Counted from the first letter of the stretch, positions 1-13,373 are shown. The stretch is 64,000 bases of DNA from Eledone cirrhosa (GCA_964016885.1 OZ024743.1:67704001-67768000); one strand, 5' to 3'. The notes: generated by a model not told the origin, from the sequence alone. Numbers and translations are program-made.

Positions 1-2103
1 CTGCTGAATGCAGAGTTACAGATTTTGGCCAAGGTGTTAGCGAAGAGGTTGGCGCTTGTGGTGGGTGGCTTGGTGGGAGACGCGCAGACATGCGCTATCC
101 CGTCCAGGTTCATTCACGAAAACCTCCACCTCATGCGATACATCGTAGAGAGGGTTGGGAACGAACCCGGCTTTGGTGGGGCCCTGATCAACTTGGATCA
201 ATCTAAGGCGTTCGATAGGGTCGACCATGGTTACCTGGATGCGGTGCTAGCGGCGGCGGGCTTCGGACCCGTTTTCAGGGGCTGGATTTCTGCCATGAAC
301 AGTGGCAACGTCTGCTCTAGGGTTAAAGTAAACGGCTACTTCTCGGAGCCGTTTCAAATCACCCGGTCCATCAGGCAGGGGTGCCCCCTCTCCTCCCTTC
401 TGTACGTATTGCCTCTCGAGCCACTGCTGCGGAAGTTGGAGTTGCTGCGGGGCATAACCCTGGAACCGGGATTGCACAAAGTGGTCTTGGCCTATTCCGA
501 CGACGTAACAGTAATGGTGGCGGACGCCTCGGAAATCGGGACGATCGCCACCCTACTAGAGGAATACGAATGGCTGACGGGGGCTAGGGTGAACCGGGAC
601 AAGTCAGTCGGTTTGCAACTCGGAACGTGGAGGGGCAAACCGATGCCGTTAGACGGTGTCGTCGGAGGGTGGACGGAGGGCCCGGTGAAGCTGATCGGGG
701 TCTGGTTCGGACCGGACCTCCAGGTGGAGAAGAATTGGGGCGAGGTGACGAGCAGGGTGTTTGCGCTGACCCAGAAGTGGGCCAAGTGCAAACTATCACT
801 GAAAGGTCGGGCGGAGGTGGCGAACGCTTACATAGCGTCCGTCATCTACTACCCCCTGACCGTCCTGCCTTGCCCTAAGGAAACGCTCACCATCATGGAG
901 CGCATGCTCTTCCAGTTCTTCTGGAAGAAGCGGCCTCCCATGGTGAGGAGATCCATCTGCTGCCAGCACCCTTCGAAAGGAGGGCTGGGTATGCCGTGGC
1001 TGTTGATGCGTAGGCACGCATTGAGACTACGGCATCTGCAGGTATTCCTCACCGGTCAGCCGGTGTGGGCCCCGTTTGTGAGGCGAGCCTTCCTACAGCT
1101 CGTCTCGCTCACCGAGCTGCAATCCTGGGTGAAGCAAAGACCGAGAAAACTGGGCAACTGGCACACCGAGTGTGCCCAGGCGCTCACGGCTCTCTGGCAA
1201 GCGGACCCGACTATCAGTGGAGAATCCAGCTCGACATTCTATAGAGGGCTGGTGGCTAGCAGGGGCGACGACACTCTTGGAGAGTCGCTAGGCATGGAGT
1301 AGGACGAACTGGCCAGCCTGTTCGGTAGAACTTTCGGCCCGGGACCCATGGACAACTTCCAGAGGTCTCTAGCCTGGCAGTGCTACCGGGGGGCTCTGCC
1401 CTTACGAGAAAAGCTCTACAGACGCGGGCGCCCGGGCAGGGATCCCGCGAAAAAGATCTGTCCCAGATGCGTGTGCGACGAGGAAACCGTTGTGCACGCA
1501 CTGGTACACTGCCAGGGCGTTGCCGATCTGTGGGGCTACGTCGAACGACTGCTGTCGCGTGTGGCACCGATTCGATTCGCCGCCGAGTCTGTGGTGAACA
1601 TCAAGCCGCCTCCTCCCTTCAGAAATGAAGCAGAGGCGGTCTTTCTGTGCGTAATAGCCATGATGAAAGAGGTTGTGTGGTGGACGCGCCCGAAAGGTCT
1701 GAGGTCGGGCGACTTTCTCTCCGGCCAACACCTGGTTTACTTCTTCCGATACCACTTCGGAAGAAGGATCAGGGTGGAGAGAGAAGTGCTTGGCCCCAGA
1801 CAGTTTTATGAAAGGTGGGGGAAAGAAGCGAGAATGTCTCGTGTAAATGGGCCTTCTCTCTATATTGTTCTGTAGGTGAAGAAGTGAAGAGGAAAGGGGG
1901 AGCGCCTCCTCTCTGGGCTTCCCCCGCGAAAAGGGTTGCACACTTTTCGGGGGTATGTGCAATCCCCAACACGCTCCCTCCCTTTTGAGGACATTTTATT
2001 ATTATATTATTATTGTTATTCCTTTTTTCTTTACTCGATTTATGTAAACTCCCCCACTGTGTATTTGTCCCCTTCTTTTGTGCCCTCGTGGCAAATAAAT
2101 AGA
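1..2103 (+). mobile_element. L1/Tx1-clade LINE copy 1: RT and C-terminal Cys/His domain of ORF2 (one nonsense codon), 3' UTR, followed by (ATCT)n tail; starts before the window
   Basis: ORF 25-1302 has LDQSKAFDRVDH, RQGCPLS, AYSDD and GGLG motifs. TAG at 1300-1302 replaces Glu and the same frame continues as ORF 1348-1875 (CPRC..EETVVHALVHC). AATAAA is followed by ctat repeats. Confidence 0.93.
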
Positions 2104-2160
2104 AATCTATCTATTTATCTATCTATCTATCTATCTACCCATCTACCCATCTATCACCTA

Positions 2161-3100
2161 CAGGCGCTCAGAGCCCTCTAGCAAGCGAAAACGGCAATCA
2201 GCGGAGATTCCACTTCGACATTCGATAGGAGATTAGTGGAGGATAAGTGCGACGACGTTCTCGGGAAACTCTAGGCATCGAAGAGGACGAACTGACCAGT
2301 CTGTTCGGGAAGACTTTCCGTCCAGGGCCTACGGATAACTTCCAAAGGTCTCTGGCCTGGCAGTGCTACCGAGGAACTCTACCAGTTCGAGACAAAATTT
2401 ACAGGCATGGAGGCCCTGGTAGGGATCCTGCCAAAAGGATATGTCCAAGATGCGAGCAGGACATCGAAACCGTTCTGCACGCAATTGTTCAGTGGCCAGG
2501 GGTGACCGACCTGTGGAATTATGTCAAACAGCTACTGTCACGTGTGGGACGCATCCAGTTTTCAGCCGAGTCCATCGTGAGGATAACCCTGCCGCCTTCA
2601 TTTAAGAACAAAGGAGAGGCGGTTTTACTCTGTCTGGTGGCTATGGCGAAAGAGGTAATATGGTGGACGAGGTTAAAAGGACTGAGGGCAAGCACCTTTT
2701 TCTCCGGACAACAACTCATCCTCTTCTTTAAGTATCACTTCAGAAGGAAGGTGAGAGTGGAGAGAGAGGTGCTACACCCCAGTAAATTCGCTGAAAGGTG
2801 GGTGAATGTGACGAAAATGGCCCGAGTATATAAACTTCTCTGTATATAAACAGAGGAAGATAAACAGAGGGAAGACAGGAACACCTACAAAACGTGTTCC
2901 TGGTGTTGGGGGTTGTTCTATCCACGGGGTGTAAAACAACCTTGCAGTAACGTCCGCCCCCTATTGCGGATTTCAATTGTTATTTCATTATATATAGAGT
3001 ATTGTTATTTATTAATGTTAAAGTTATTTTTATGTAAAATCCCCGCCGCCACGTCGTGTTATGTCCCATTTTTGTACGCCCCTGTGGCAAATAAAGAAAT
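2161..3100 (+). mobile_element. L1/Tx1-clade LINE copy 2, 5'-truncated, diverged subfamily
   Basis: ORF 2247-2849 (DNFQRSLAWQCYRG..CPRCEQDIETVLH) is homologous to copy 1. It begins inside the ATCT tail of copy 1 and ends AATAAA plus (ATCT)n. Confidence 0.9.
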
Positions 3101-3125
3101 ATATCTATCTACTTTTCTACCCCCT

Positions 3126-3177
<52 letters not shown>

Positions 3178-3352
3178 CTTATCTACCCCACCTCTATCTA
3201 TCAATCTATCTATCTACCCCCCCCCTCTCTATCTATCTAACTATCTACTCCCCATCTCTCTCTCTCTCTATCTATCTATCTACCAATCTAACCCCTCCTC
3301 TTTCTCTCTCTTTCTACTTACCTATCATTCTATCTCTCTCTATCTATCTATC
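3101..3352 (+). repeat. (ATCT)n / CT-rich degenerate microsatellite (LINE tail)
   Basis: Runs of ctat directly visible. Confidence 0.9.
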
Positions 3353-3410
3353 TTGGGATGGACACACGCGTAAAACCTGCTGGGTAAGTTCTGCCTAAAT
3401 TTCCATAGAA

Positions 3411-4828
3411 ATTCTAGGGTCAAGGTGAACAGCTACCTCTCGGAGCCGTTCGAAATCACGCGGTCCATCCGACAAGGGTGCCCTCTCTCCTCCCTTCTGT
3501 ATGTAATGTCTCTAGAGCCACTGTGGCGAACACTTATATAGCGTCCGTCATCTACTACCGCCTAACTGTCGTGCCTTGCACATGGGAAACGCTCGCTAAA
3601 ATGGAGCGGGCACTCTTCCAATTCCTTTGGAAGAAGCGGGCTCCTATGGTGAGGAGATGCATCTGCTGCCAACACCCTTCGTGCCGTGGCTGATAATGCA
3701 TAAACACGCATTAAGGCTACGGCACCTCCAGGTATTCCTCACCGGTCAACCGGTGTGGGCCCCGTTTGTTAGACGAGCCTTTCCCAGACTCGTCTCGCTC
3801 ACCGAGCTGCAATCCTGGGTCAAGCAAAGACCGAGAAAACTGGGCGCCTGGCACACCGAGTGTGCCCAGGGGCTCACGGTTGTCAGTGGAGAATCCACCT
3901 CGTCATTCTATAGAGGGCTGATGGTTATGAGGTGCGACGACGACCTCGGAGAAACCCTAGGCATGGAGGAAAACGAACTGGCCAACCTGTTCGGTAGGAC
4001 ATTCAGCCCGGGACCTATGGATAACTTCCAGAGGTCCCTGGCCTGGCAGTGCTACCGAGGGGCTCTGCCCGTTCGAGAAAGGCTCTAGAGACACGGGCGC
4101 CCGGGTGGGGACCCCTTGAAAAAGATCTGTCCCAGATGCGTGTGCGACGAGGAAACCGTTGCACACGCATGGTACACTGCTCGGGCATTGCCGATCTGTG
4201 GGGCGATGTCGAACGACTGCTGTCACGGGTGGGACCGATCCGGTTGACCACCGAGTCTATTGTAACGATCAAGCCGCCTCCTCTCTTCAAAAACGAAGGA
4301 GAGGCGGTGTTTCTGTGCGTAATAGCCATGGGGAAAGAGGTTGTATGGTGGACGCGTTTGAAAGGACTGAGGTCAGACACCTTTCTCTCTGGCCAACAAC
4401 TGGTCCGTTTCTTCCGATATCATGTCGGAAGAAGGATCAGGATGGAGAGAGAGGTACTGCACTCCAGCCGTTTCTATGAAAGATGGGTGAAAGTGGCGAG
4501 AATGGCCCGTGTGAATGGGCCTTCACTCTACATCAGACTGTAGGTGAGAAAGATGAAAGATCATGGGATCACCCTCTCTCTGTGCTCCTGAGGAGAAGGG
4601 TTGCACACTTTTTCGGGGCTGTGTATGACCCCCCAAGGCGCCTCCCCCCTATTGAGGATTGTGTTATTCGATTTATTTTTGTTATATTTTATATTTTATA
4701 TTTTCATATTTTGTTATTGCCTCCTCCTTAGTGAGGACGCCTTTTTATGTAACCCCCCCCCCTTGTACTTGTCCCACTCCTTGATGCTCTGGTGGCAAAT
4801 AAAAAGAAAGTTATCTATCTCTCTCTAT
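3411..4828 (+). mobile_element. L1/Tx1-clade LINE copy 3, 5'-truncated, internally deleted and frameshifted
   Basis: Matches copy 1 from ~316. It jumps from ~426 to ~818 of copy 1 at ~3522, has a second small deletion at ~3680, and shares the 3' UTR and short atct tail. Confidence 0.9.
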
Positions 4829-4967
4829 GTTGTTTTTGTTGTCGGTGGTGTGCCTGTGTTGTGGTGGGATAGTCGTCGTATTATTTAGTTACTGGCGGTT
4901 TGATGGGGTTGAGTGTGGTAAATATAAATAATTTACTGATATTGGTGATGTTGTTGTGTATTGGTAC

Positions 4968-5543
4968 CTAGACCCCTCGTGACCCGTTGGGTCACGTTCA
5001 GTTCAAAATATTTTTTAAAAATCATGATCAATTAAAAATAATTTTTAAATAATTAAAATATTCATAGACATGCATATAATGTAAATTGAAACCACATATA
5101 TACTTGTGTGTATGTATATATATAAATGTGTGTGTGTATATATATATATGTGTATGCATGTGTATGTATATATACGTGTGTGGTTGCCGCTGATCTATAT
5201 ACACTGGTCGTAGATACACACACATATATACACACACACTAACATATATATATATAAACAGCAACACCACCAGCTCTCTCCTACATTCTCCTTCTCTCTG
5301 TCTCCTCTCCCTCTCTCTATGTCTCTCTTTCAATCTACTCTCTCACAAACACTAGCTTCCTATCTATCTTTCTCTCTCTTTGTTTATGAAGGTACCTGGT
5401 AAACCCTCATCTTGTTTTATTCCATTTGTATTCCATTTCAGGGCCAACTTCCCTTCAAAGTATTTTCCCATTATGCGCCCTTTTGGCTGTATTTCATTAC
5501 AGACAAGCAAGCAAGCAATTACAGAATGTTAGTACTATATAGA
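4968..5543 (-). mobile_element. Non-autonomous Helitron
   Basis: Minus strand starts A|TCTATATAGTACT (5543) followed by (TTGC)n. It ends with the hairpin CGTGACCC-AAC-GGGTCACG (4978-4996), 6 nt, then CTAG (4968-4971). It interrupts a GTT/GGT-rich degenerate repeat. Confidence 0.75.
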
Positions 5544-8129
5544 TGAAGTTTGTGGTGAAAGTGATTGTCGGAGTGGTGTTCGTGTTGTTGTTCTTGTTGG
5601 TTTTGATATGATGGTGTTGATGTTAATGATTACGGAAAACTAATGGCTTCACTGGTAATGGAACTCTCATTGTTGTTGGTGTTAATAAATTGCAGTGAAG
5701 GTGACGGCTATAGAATTAGTGGATGTGTTGGTCCTGTTATTGGTTTTGATGTTGTTAGTGGTGATGCTTGTTTTTTAGTAAATAGCTGCAGACGTATTAT
5801 ATGTATAAAAGTGGTTTCATGCTTGATGCAAAGAAGTTAAAATGTTGAATCGGCTTAAGATTCATAGTAATTTGTTAAACTATTCAATATTATCATAGTT
5901 ACATGAAAAAAAATATCATAGTTTAACAAAACAGCAATTTTAAAATCAAATCTTTCATTCTCTGCGGTCTTGTTTTCATTTTTTATTTTTTATTTTGTTA
6001 TTTCAATTCCTTGGTATCATACTGAATTTACTATCAGAATATCAAGAGTTGTTTGGGACATGTTGACTTGCTATTAGAATTCGATTAAAAAAATATGTTG
6101 AAAAAATTGGTTTGTACCTGCTGACTTTACTATAGGAACACGAGGTAAATCATTTTTGAAGATTTTCTTCGTCAGAATAAATGAAAAAAAAAAAAAAAAT
6201 CACACATGAATGAATAAAATAAAGTAAGTTAATTGAAAAAATACTATTGGGCACTTATTGGTTTTAACACAGATTTTTAAAACGCACTTCTGACAATTTT
6301 TTATAAAGCCTTTTTTTTTTAACGGTCGACGGATTTTCTCGTTTTGAGTATCAAAGAATCACAATCTGTAAAATAATTAAGTAAATAAATAAATAAAAAT
6401 AATATATATATATTTTTTTTTCATTTTATTAAACAAGTTATGATGTTCACAGCTGCATTACGTTTTTTTCTATATAAATACATTTAGTTTGCTTCTGGAA
6501 TGTATAAATATTTTCGTTTATTGAAAAAAATAAAGATTCAATTTTTAAAGGTTAAATTGTTATTTCAGTTTCAATTTATTAATGATGAAAATGGTATTAC
6601 AAACGTAAATGAGGTAATTTTATATATGAAACAAAAGATCTGCAGCTGTAAAGCTTCTCACTTTATTACTTTCTAATTAATTACATTTTATTTTCAATTT
6701 CATAATTTCAAATCTTAAAATCCAAAGACCGTTAAAAAGGGAATTATTTAAAAAAAGGTATTTTCTTCTTAAACGATATTTGCTTCTTATTTTTCATGTG
6801 ATATAATTTATTATGCATGTTGTCTTGGAACACATTCTTCAATTTCCTAAAGTTCAGTTATTGAATGAAGGAAATTTTGTGAGTGCAGGATCTCCATCGC
6901 TTCCGACGACGAGTATTCCAGTTGTTTGACCAAAGGATTTCGTGAAATTAACATGTTATACCTTCTAACGATACGTGACCCCATAACGTAGTTTTCAGAG
7001 AGATTCAGGGTGACATGGTGTACGACAAGTTTACCACACTGAATTAAAAATGCAATTTTGCATGCTAGATAAGTAAAATCGTGAGAACATCAGACGAAAC
7101 GATTTGCGATATTTGTACTGAATAACTTTAGTTCAGCTTTAGTTCAGCTTGCTCTTTATGAAGTATTGTGTGATGAAAAATTTGGATTCCGTACGGTTGA
7201 AAGCCTGGTCACAGTCCTGCTACCAGGTTAGACTCATGTCCGCCAGGTTTCCTCCACAGAACCCAACAAGGTATAGACGTTTTCTCCAAACTATTTCTGG
7301 TTTTCATTCGAGGGAATAATTCTTCACTGATCTCTTCGTAAACATATGTAGCTCGTGGTCAAGCGACAAAAAGTTCGTTCCTCGATTCTGTATCAATTTT
7401 GTTTCATGGATGAAATATTGCTAACCTCGTGCTCCATTCGTCCTCTCTAAGTAAAAACCGAAAACAAAAATTATATAATCCCATAAGTGTGTATATATTG
7501 AAGTATGCCGTAGGAAACAAGGCAGAGCTATTAAGACCTGGATAATTTCTAAGAAGGAAGATTATGTAGACATGGGCTTGGTATGTTAACAGGGCCTTGA
7601 TAAGTCGTCCAAGTATATGGAGTGGATATTTCCCATCGCCGAAAGTTCTAAAGGGAGCAAAATAGTTGTGTGTATTAAATATCTATTTTTGAAGTTCACA
7701 TTTTTTTTTGGCTTTTAGTAACTAAACAATCTAAACTTTACAACTTGTGACAAAACAACCTTCCAAGCTGTAAAGATCATATCTTCTGCTCGTTTGTACT
7801 GATAATATTACTCCAGGGAACTTATTAAGCTTCGGTGCTTATATCGTATTTCACTTTTTATTTTTCTCGCTCTTGTTGTTACACATTTGCCCGCAACACA
7901 TATCCTGCTCTTCATTTTTCTATTCATCTCCGTGCAAGTCTTCCGTATGAAATGTCCTATGAAGTGATTGGTTGATCTCATTTATGTTGATACTTTGACG
8001 TTGATACTGACCTTCCGGTGCGTCTTCAGTTAAGACGTTATATCTTCTTATATATAAATGCATCATACACCCCCCCCCCCACACACAGTAGTTATATAGA
8101 TAAGCACACACAAACTATATACGCATACA

Positions 8130-9018
8130 TTTAATGGTCTTTATTCTCTCTCGTTCACGATTTTACTGAACTTATATTCATGGAAATTTGGGACTTGACT
8201 CGTTCTTCCTCACTGTTCGTTGCTTCACCATCTTTGTTTGTTTACACTCTCGCTGTTCCCTTTATTTACGTGTCCCAACGACTTTTTTTAGGCGTTGCTC
8301 GCACCAACCGGAGGTATATGGTCTTTAAAGCGAAGAAATACCTGTGATGGTTGGAAGATCACTGATGAAGGACCACTTTATTCATATGTAACCCATTTGC
8401 AACCACGCAGCACGTTTATTCTCATATTTACTCATATCCCCCCCCCCCCCCCGATGTGACCCGTCTGTTTCGTTCCTACTGCTTCCTCTTTCTCTGTATC
8501 TTTACCCTCTCTAACAGTCACTCTCTCTGTTAGCCTCTTCTTCACTCACTCACTCTCTGTTACTACCTCTCCTCCTCCTCCTTCTTCCCGTTTGACCTGT
8601 GCGTAATTCTTTTCTTTCGCACACTTGGTCAGGCTGGTTTCCTTTTTTCTCTCTCTCGTCTACGATTTCACAGAACTTATGTTCACCGAATTCACAGACT
8701 AGATTCCTTCTTCCTCCCGTTAGACCTGTACGGAATTCCTTCCTTGCTCACATTCCAACCAGGTTTAATGGTCTTTATTCTCTCTCGTTCACGATTTCCC
8801 CGAACTTATATTCATGGAAATTTGGGACTTAACTCGTTCTTCCTCACTTTTCGTTGCTTCACCATCTTTGTTTGTTTACACTCTCGCTGTTCCCTTTATT
8901 TACGTGTCCCAACGACTTTTTTTAGCCGTTGCTCGCACCAACCGGAGGTATATGGTCTCTAAAGCGAAGTAATACCTGTGATGGTTGGAAGTTCACTGAT
9001 GAAGGACCACTTTATTCA
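8130..9018 (+). mobile_element. ORF-less repeat unit, ~1.4 tandem copies of a 634-bp monomer ending in (TA)n
   Basis: 8130-8388 recurs at 8764-9018. Internal ~125-bp sub-duplication at 8581-8830. Same family as 48011-48835. Confidence 0.8.
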
Positions 9019-9043
9019 TATATATATATATATATATATATAT

Positions 9044-9242
9044 AAGGGTAGAGCACTGGGAGGTAATATCCGTAGTGCTAAAGCACTCAGTCTATGGGAC
9101 AAGTTTGGTGGAAGTAGTAACACAACAGTTAGTTCACCATACCGAGAACATTTGTTTCACCTTATGCGGATCCGAGTTGAAGATCCGCAAGAGGTGAAAC
9201 AATTGTTCTCGGTATGGTGAACTAACTGTTGTGTTACTACTT
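9044..9242. mobile_element. Fold-back mini-insertion in (TA)n (PLE-terminus type) with tail 9044-9111
   Basis: Inverted arms 9112-9171 and 9182-9242, (TA)n on both sides. Second family member at 24862-25030. Confidence 0.8.
9172..9212 (+). ncRNA. Minimal type-I hammerhead ribozyme motif (C3>U)
   Basis: ccgag-TTGAAGA-t cc gcaaga gg t-GAAA-caattg-TT^ctcgg. Perfect 5-bp stem I and palindromic stem III ACAATTGT. Confidence 0.7.
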
Positions 9243-10182
9243 ATATATATATATATATGTGTATATATGCACACACAAATAAATGTATACATATATATAT
9301 GTGTGTGTATGTGTATATGGAGGGGGGTATGTGTGTGTGTATATATATATATATATATTCTACTGGAGTAATTAGTACCTAATTGTCAAAGAAGGGAAAT
9401 GTGAGTGTCTCATCAAACAGTAGCAGAAGTTGTAGATATGAGAATGTATGCGGCTGTAGATTCAAAGAGTTCGTTTATATTAAATTGTAATTCTTTCGTT
9501 CTTTTACAGCTTTCAGTTAATAGACAGCGACCACATTGTCGCACGGCCTTACTTTTGTTGAGTATATTGACGCCAATATTGCTTTTCTCGGGTCTGTCTT
9601 TTTTACATTGATCTCGTATTTATCTCCTTGTAAGATTATGAGACATAGCCAAAATGCATCAAACATCTCGAAACTTAAAAATGACTTGGCACATTATTAT
9701 ATCTCAATACTAAGCACGGAGCCTACATTAGCTCCTATTAATACACAAAACTTGGTAAATCACAATAACAACGTTGATACTAATATCAACGCAACTAGGA
9801 TAGTTACAGTGTTGTTTAAGGGATCACATAGCTTTTCTGTAGTTACAAACGATGCCCTTAATAAAGCAGTTAATGATAATAGTGCAATCGATGTTGATCC
9901 CTGTTATCATAATTGAATTAGACAAACACCTAAAGTAGAAACAATAAAGGTTAAACCGATCATATCCTACATTCTTCCGATCATCCAACTAACCTAAACT
10001 GCAAATACAGTTAAAATAAACTGCCCAATATATTGTTAATCGCGGCGCCAAACCGAAACCACTTGAGGCCACAGTCGGGATTATACCTATCTCTATACGC
10101 ATTTTACATCTGACCATGTACTGAGTACTCCCATGATTTGCGGACTCTTCTGTCTCAGTATATATATATATATATATATATA

Positions 10183-12813
10183 ACGGCGATGAATTAGTTT
10201 TGCGAGGTTTTTTATATGAAATCGTGTGTCAAAACAAATATTGTTATACTTGGGGAGGTTACCCTTTAACAAAAGAGATTGCATACCACAACAAATAGAT
10301 GACGTGACAGAGGCACAGTTAACCATAGCTAGAAATAAGATTAGACAAATAGTAGACCGGTATACTAAGAGACAGAGCAGACCAGAGGCCCAACAACTTG
10401 GGAGGAAACCTGTAGAAGGCTTGGTTAGCCTCAAGCAGCGCACAAGGGATGGTGAGGTAGTATATCTACCCACGGATAAGTCTGGTAGGTGGTCAATAGA
10501 TAGCATGCCGAACTACATCAAGGCTATGCAACCCCACATCACCAACACGAGCGAAATTGCACAGCAAACACATGATAGGAGAGAGAAAATCCTCAACGTT
10601 CACATGATGATGTGGACTGACATCTTAAAGCCAAGCAGACGCACTGCCAACAACTTCCAGGCGTCTAACAATGGCATACCACACTTGTATGGACTCCGCA
10701 AAGACCACAAGACAGTCGACGACCCGACAACAGGACCACCAACAAGACCCGTATGCGGAGCTAATATAGCTAGCAACTACAGGATCTCCTACTTCCTCTC
10801 AATGGTTATACGCCCCATAATCAAGATGTCCCCAGATGTATGTGACAGTACAGAGGACCTCCTCAGCAGAATCAGTGAGTGCAACAAAAACGGGAACCTA
10901 TACAACTGCATAATAGGCAGCATGGGTGTGGTATCACTGTACTCATCCATTAACATTGATTTTGCTGTGGAAAAATGTGTGGAGATGATCATTGAGAGTG
11001 AGGTGGAGTTCTGCGACATCGAAACAGACGAACTGGGCCTCCTACTTAGACTTACCTACGACACTGACTACCTAGACATCCATGACCTTAGACGTTTCTG
11101 CCCTAGTATACTCTCAAAGGCAAAAAAGACTCCCATGGGAAGGTGGATTGGGTGGACCAAAGCTATACGGACACCCGAAAACAATGATCAGGTAAGAAAA
11201 ATGGTCGCACATGCAATAGGGGCTAGTATCAAAATTACCCTAAAGGGCCACATATTCAAGTTCAACGAGAAGATCTACACCCAAAATGAGGAAGCAGCCA
11301 TTGGCGTCAGCATAGCTGGTGATGTTGCCAACCTTTTCATGGTATGGTGGGAAAGGAGACTTAAATATCTCCTTAATGAGAGCTCCATAGACCTCATATG
11401 TACTCTCGTTACGTAGGCGTTATCAATATAGTTATAAGGACATCCCCACTAGAGAGAGAATAAGTTTGATTTATAACGTAGCACAATGGAAAGCATCCAG
11501 CAGATAGCTAATTCCATACACCAGAGTATAACTGTAACTATCGACTTCCCTTCCAAACACCCTAACAATCGAGCCCAAATTCTCCACTCACACTATGCTA
11601 AACCCATGGCCTCCAAATACCTGATACTCAAAAACTCAGCATTGTCCAGTAGTGCTAAGTTTAATATTCTGATCGCAGATTTGGTACGAGTGATGAAGAA
11701 TGTGTCCCGCATGTGCGACCCAACAGAAATGGAAAGACACATCCAACACTTCATCAACCGCATGCAGTTCTCTGGCTACAACCAAAGAGACAGAGTCAGA
11801 GTATACGAAGGAGCCATGGAGAAGTATAAGACCCTCATAGAACTGGACATGAAAGGAATTTGCCCATTATACAGGAGCAAATCATGGAATAGCTTAGATA
11901 GGGCTAGACATAAGATAGGGAAAGCCACCTCATGGTACGACAACCAGAGATACCAGAGTGTCATGTTTGTGGACGCTACCCCTGGAGGGAAATTAGCGAA
12001 CCAGTGTAGAAAGGCCCTGAGAAAGACCCACTTAAAGATTAAGGTGGTAGAAAAGCCAGGAACCACCATAAAATCCCTGATCAGCAAAACCTACCCTTTT
12101 AAGAAAACCCACTGTACCAATAGGAAATGTATCATATGTAAGGTAAACCCCCGAATAAACTGTAAAACTAGAAACATAGTCTATAGCATAAGATGTACAG
12201 AGGGTACTTGCAGAAACATGACAACAACATACATAGATGAGACAGCTCATAGCATAGGTGAAAGGATAGACCAACACTGGGGGGGAACTAAAATGACGAA
12301 AAAACGGATCAGTACTATACGAACATGCCACACAACAACACGACGGTAACATAGACAACATAGAAATTAGAATAATATCTAAACATAGAAATAACCCAGC
12401 AGATAGGCAAATCAGAGAGGCCAATGAAATAGAACTTAGAAGGTCAAGATTAAACAGAAAGAATGAATGGAATAACAACAACACCCAAACAAACAACACT
12501 GACCTAAGAGAAGTATAAATAAATAAATAAACAAATAAATAAATACACAAGCACAATAACAACAAACACATATAAACACACACTAGTCACCCAATCACGA
12601 ACACACATCAAACAAAACACTATACACACACGCAAACGCATGCGCAAAGAAGACAAAATAACATAAACAAACAAACAAATAAATAAATAAATATATAGAC
12701 AGACTAAATTAGATTACCGATATAAAAAACACAGAAGCGAAAAGCGAAAACCAACCAAACAGTGAGTGTGTTCTGTTATTAATTCTGGCAATATTACACA
12801 AATATGACCCTCC

Positions 12814-12815
<2 letters not shown>
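10183..12815 (+). mobile_element. Neptune-like Penelope element (RT plus GIY-YIG), 5'-truncated, dead, with inverted 5' cap 10183-10258
   Basis: ORFs 10226-11416 (PTDKSG, LYGLRKDHK, RPV, SLYSSI, AIGVSIAG) and 11486-12349 (CxxxxCxxC, NIVYSIRC, YIDET). Catalytic YVDD is mutated to YVGV near 11410. Flanked by (TA)n. Confidence 0.88.
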
Positions 12816-13220
<405 letters not shown>

Positions 13221-13370
13221 TTTATTAAAATAACAGATTAAAGTTTAAGCAAAGAATTAAACTTTAATCTGTTATTTTAATAAATATTTGCCATGCGGTT
13301 CTTATATATTTGATATATATTAATCCTTATCGAGCCCTCTTTGGATTTTAGTCTTCAAATTTATCATTAT

Positions 13371-13373
<3 letters not shown>
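13221..13373. mobile_element. Miniature fold-back of the Naiad-like family at 59301-61410
   Basis: Arms 13221-13250 and 13259-13287 match 59301-59338; tail 13298-13363 matches 61327-61394. Confidence 0.85.

Noticed and set aside
6870-7660. Higher-complexity stretch possibly exonic
   Set aside because: Stops in the frames read and no recognisable protein; may be a decayed repeat.
9361-10096. Possible highly decayed GIY-YIG PLE remnant
   Set aside because: Only vague motif resemblance; not alignable by eye.
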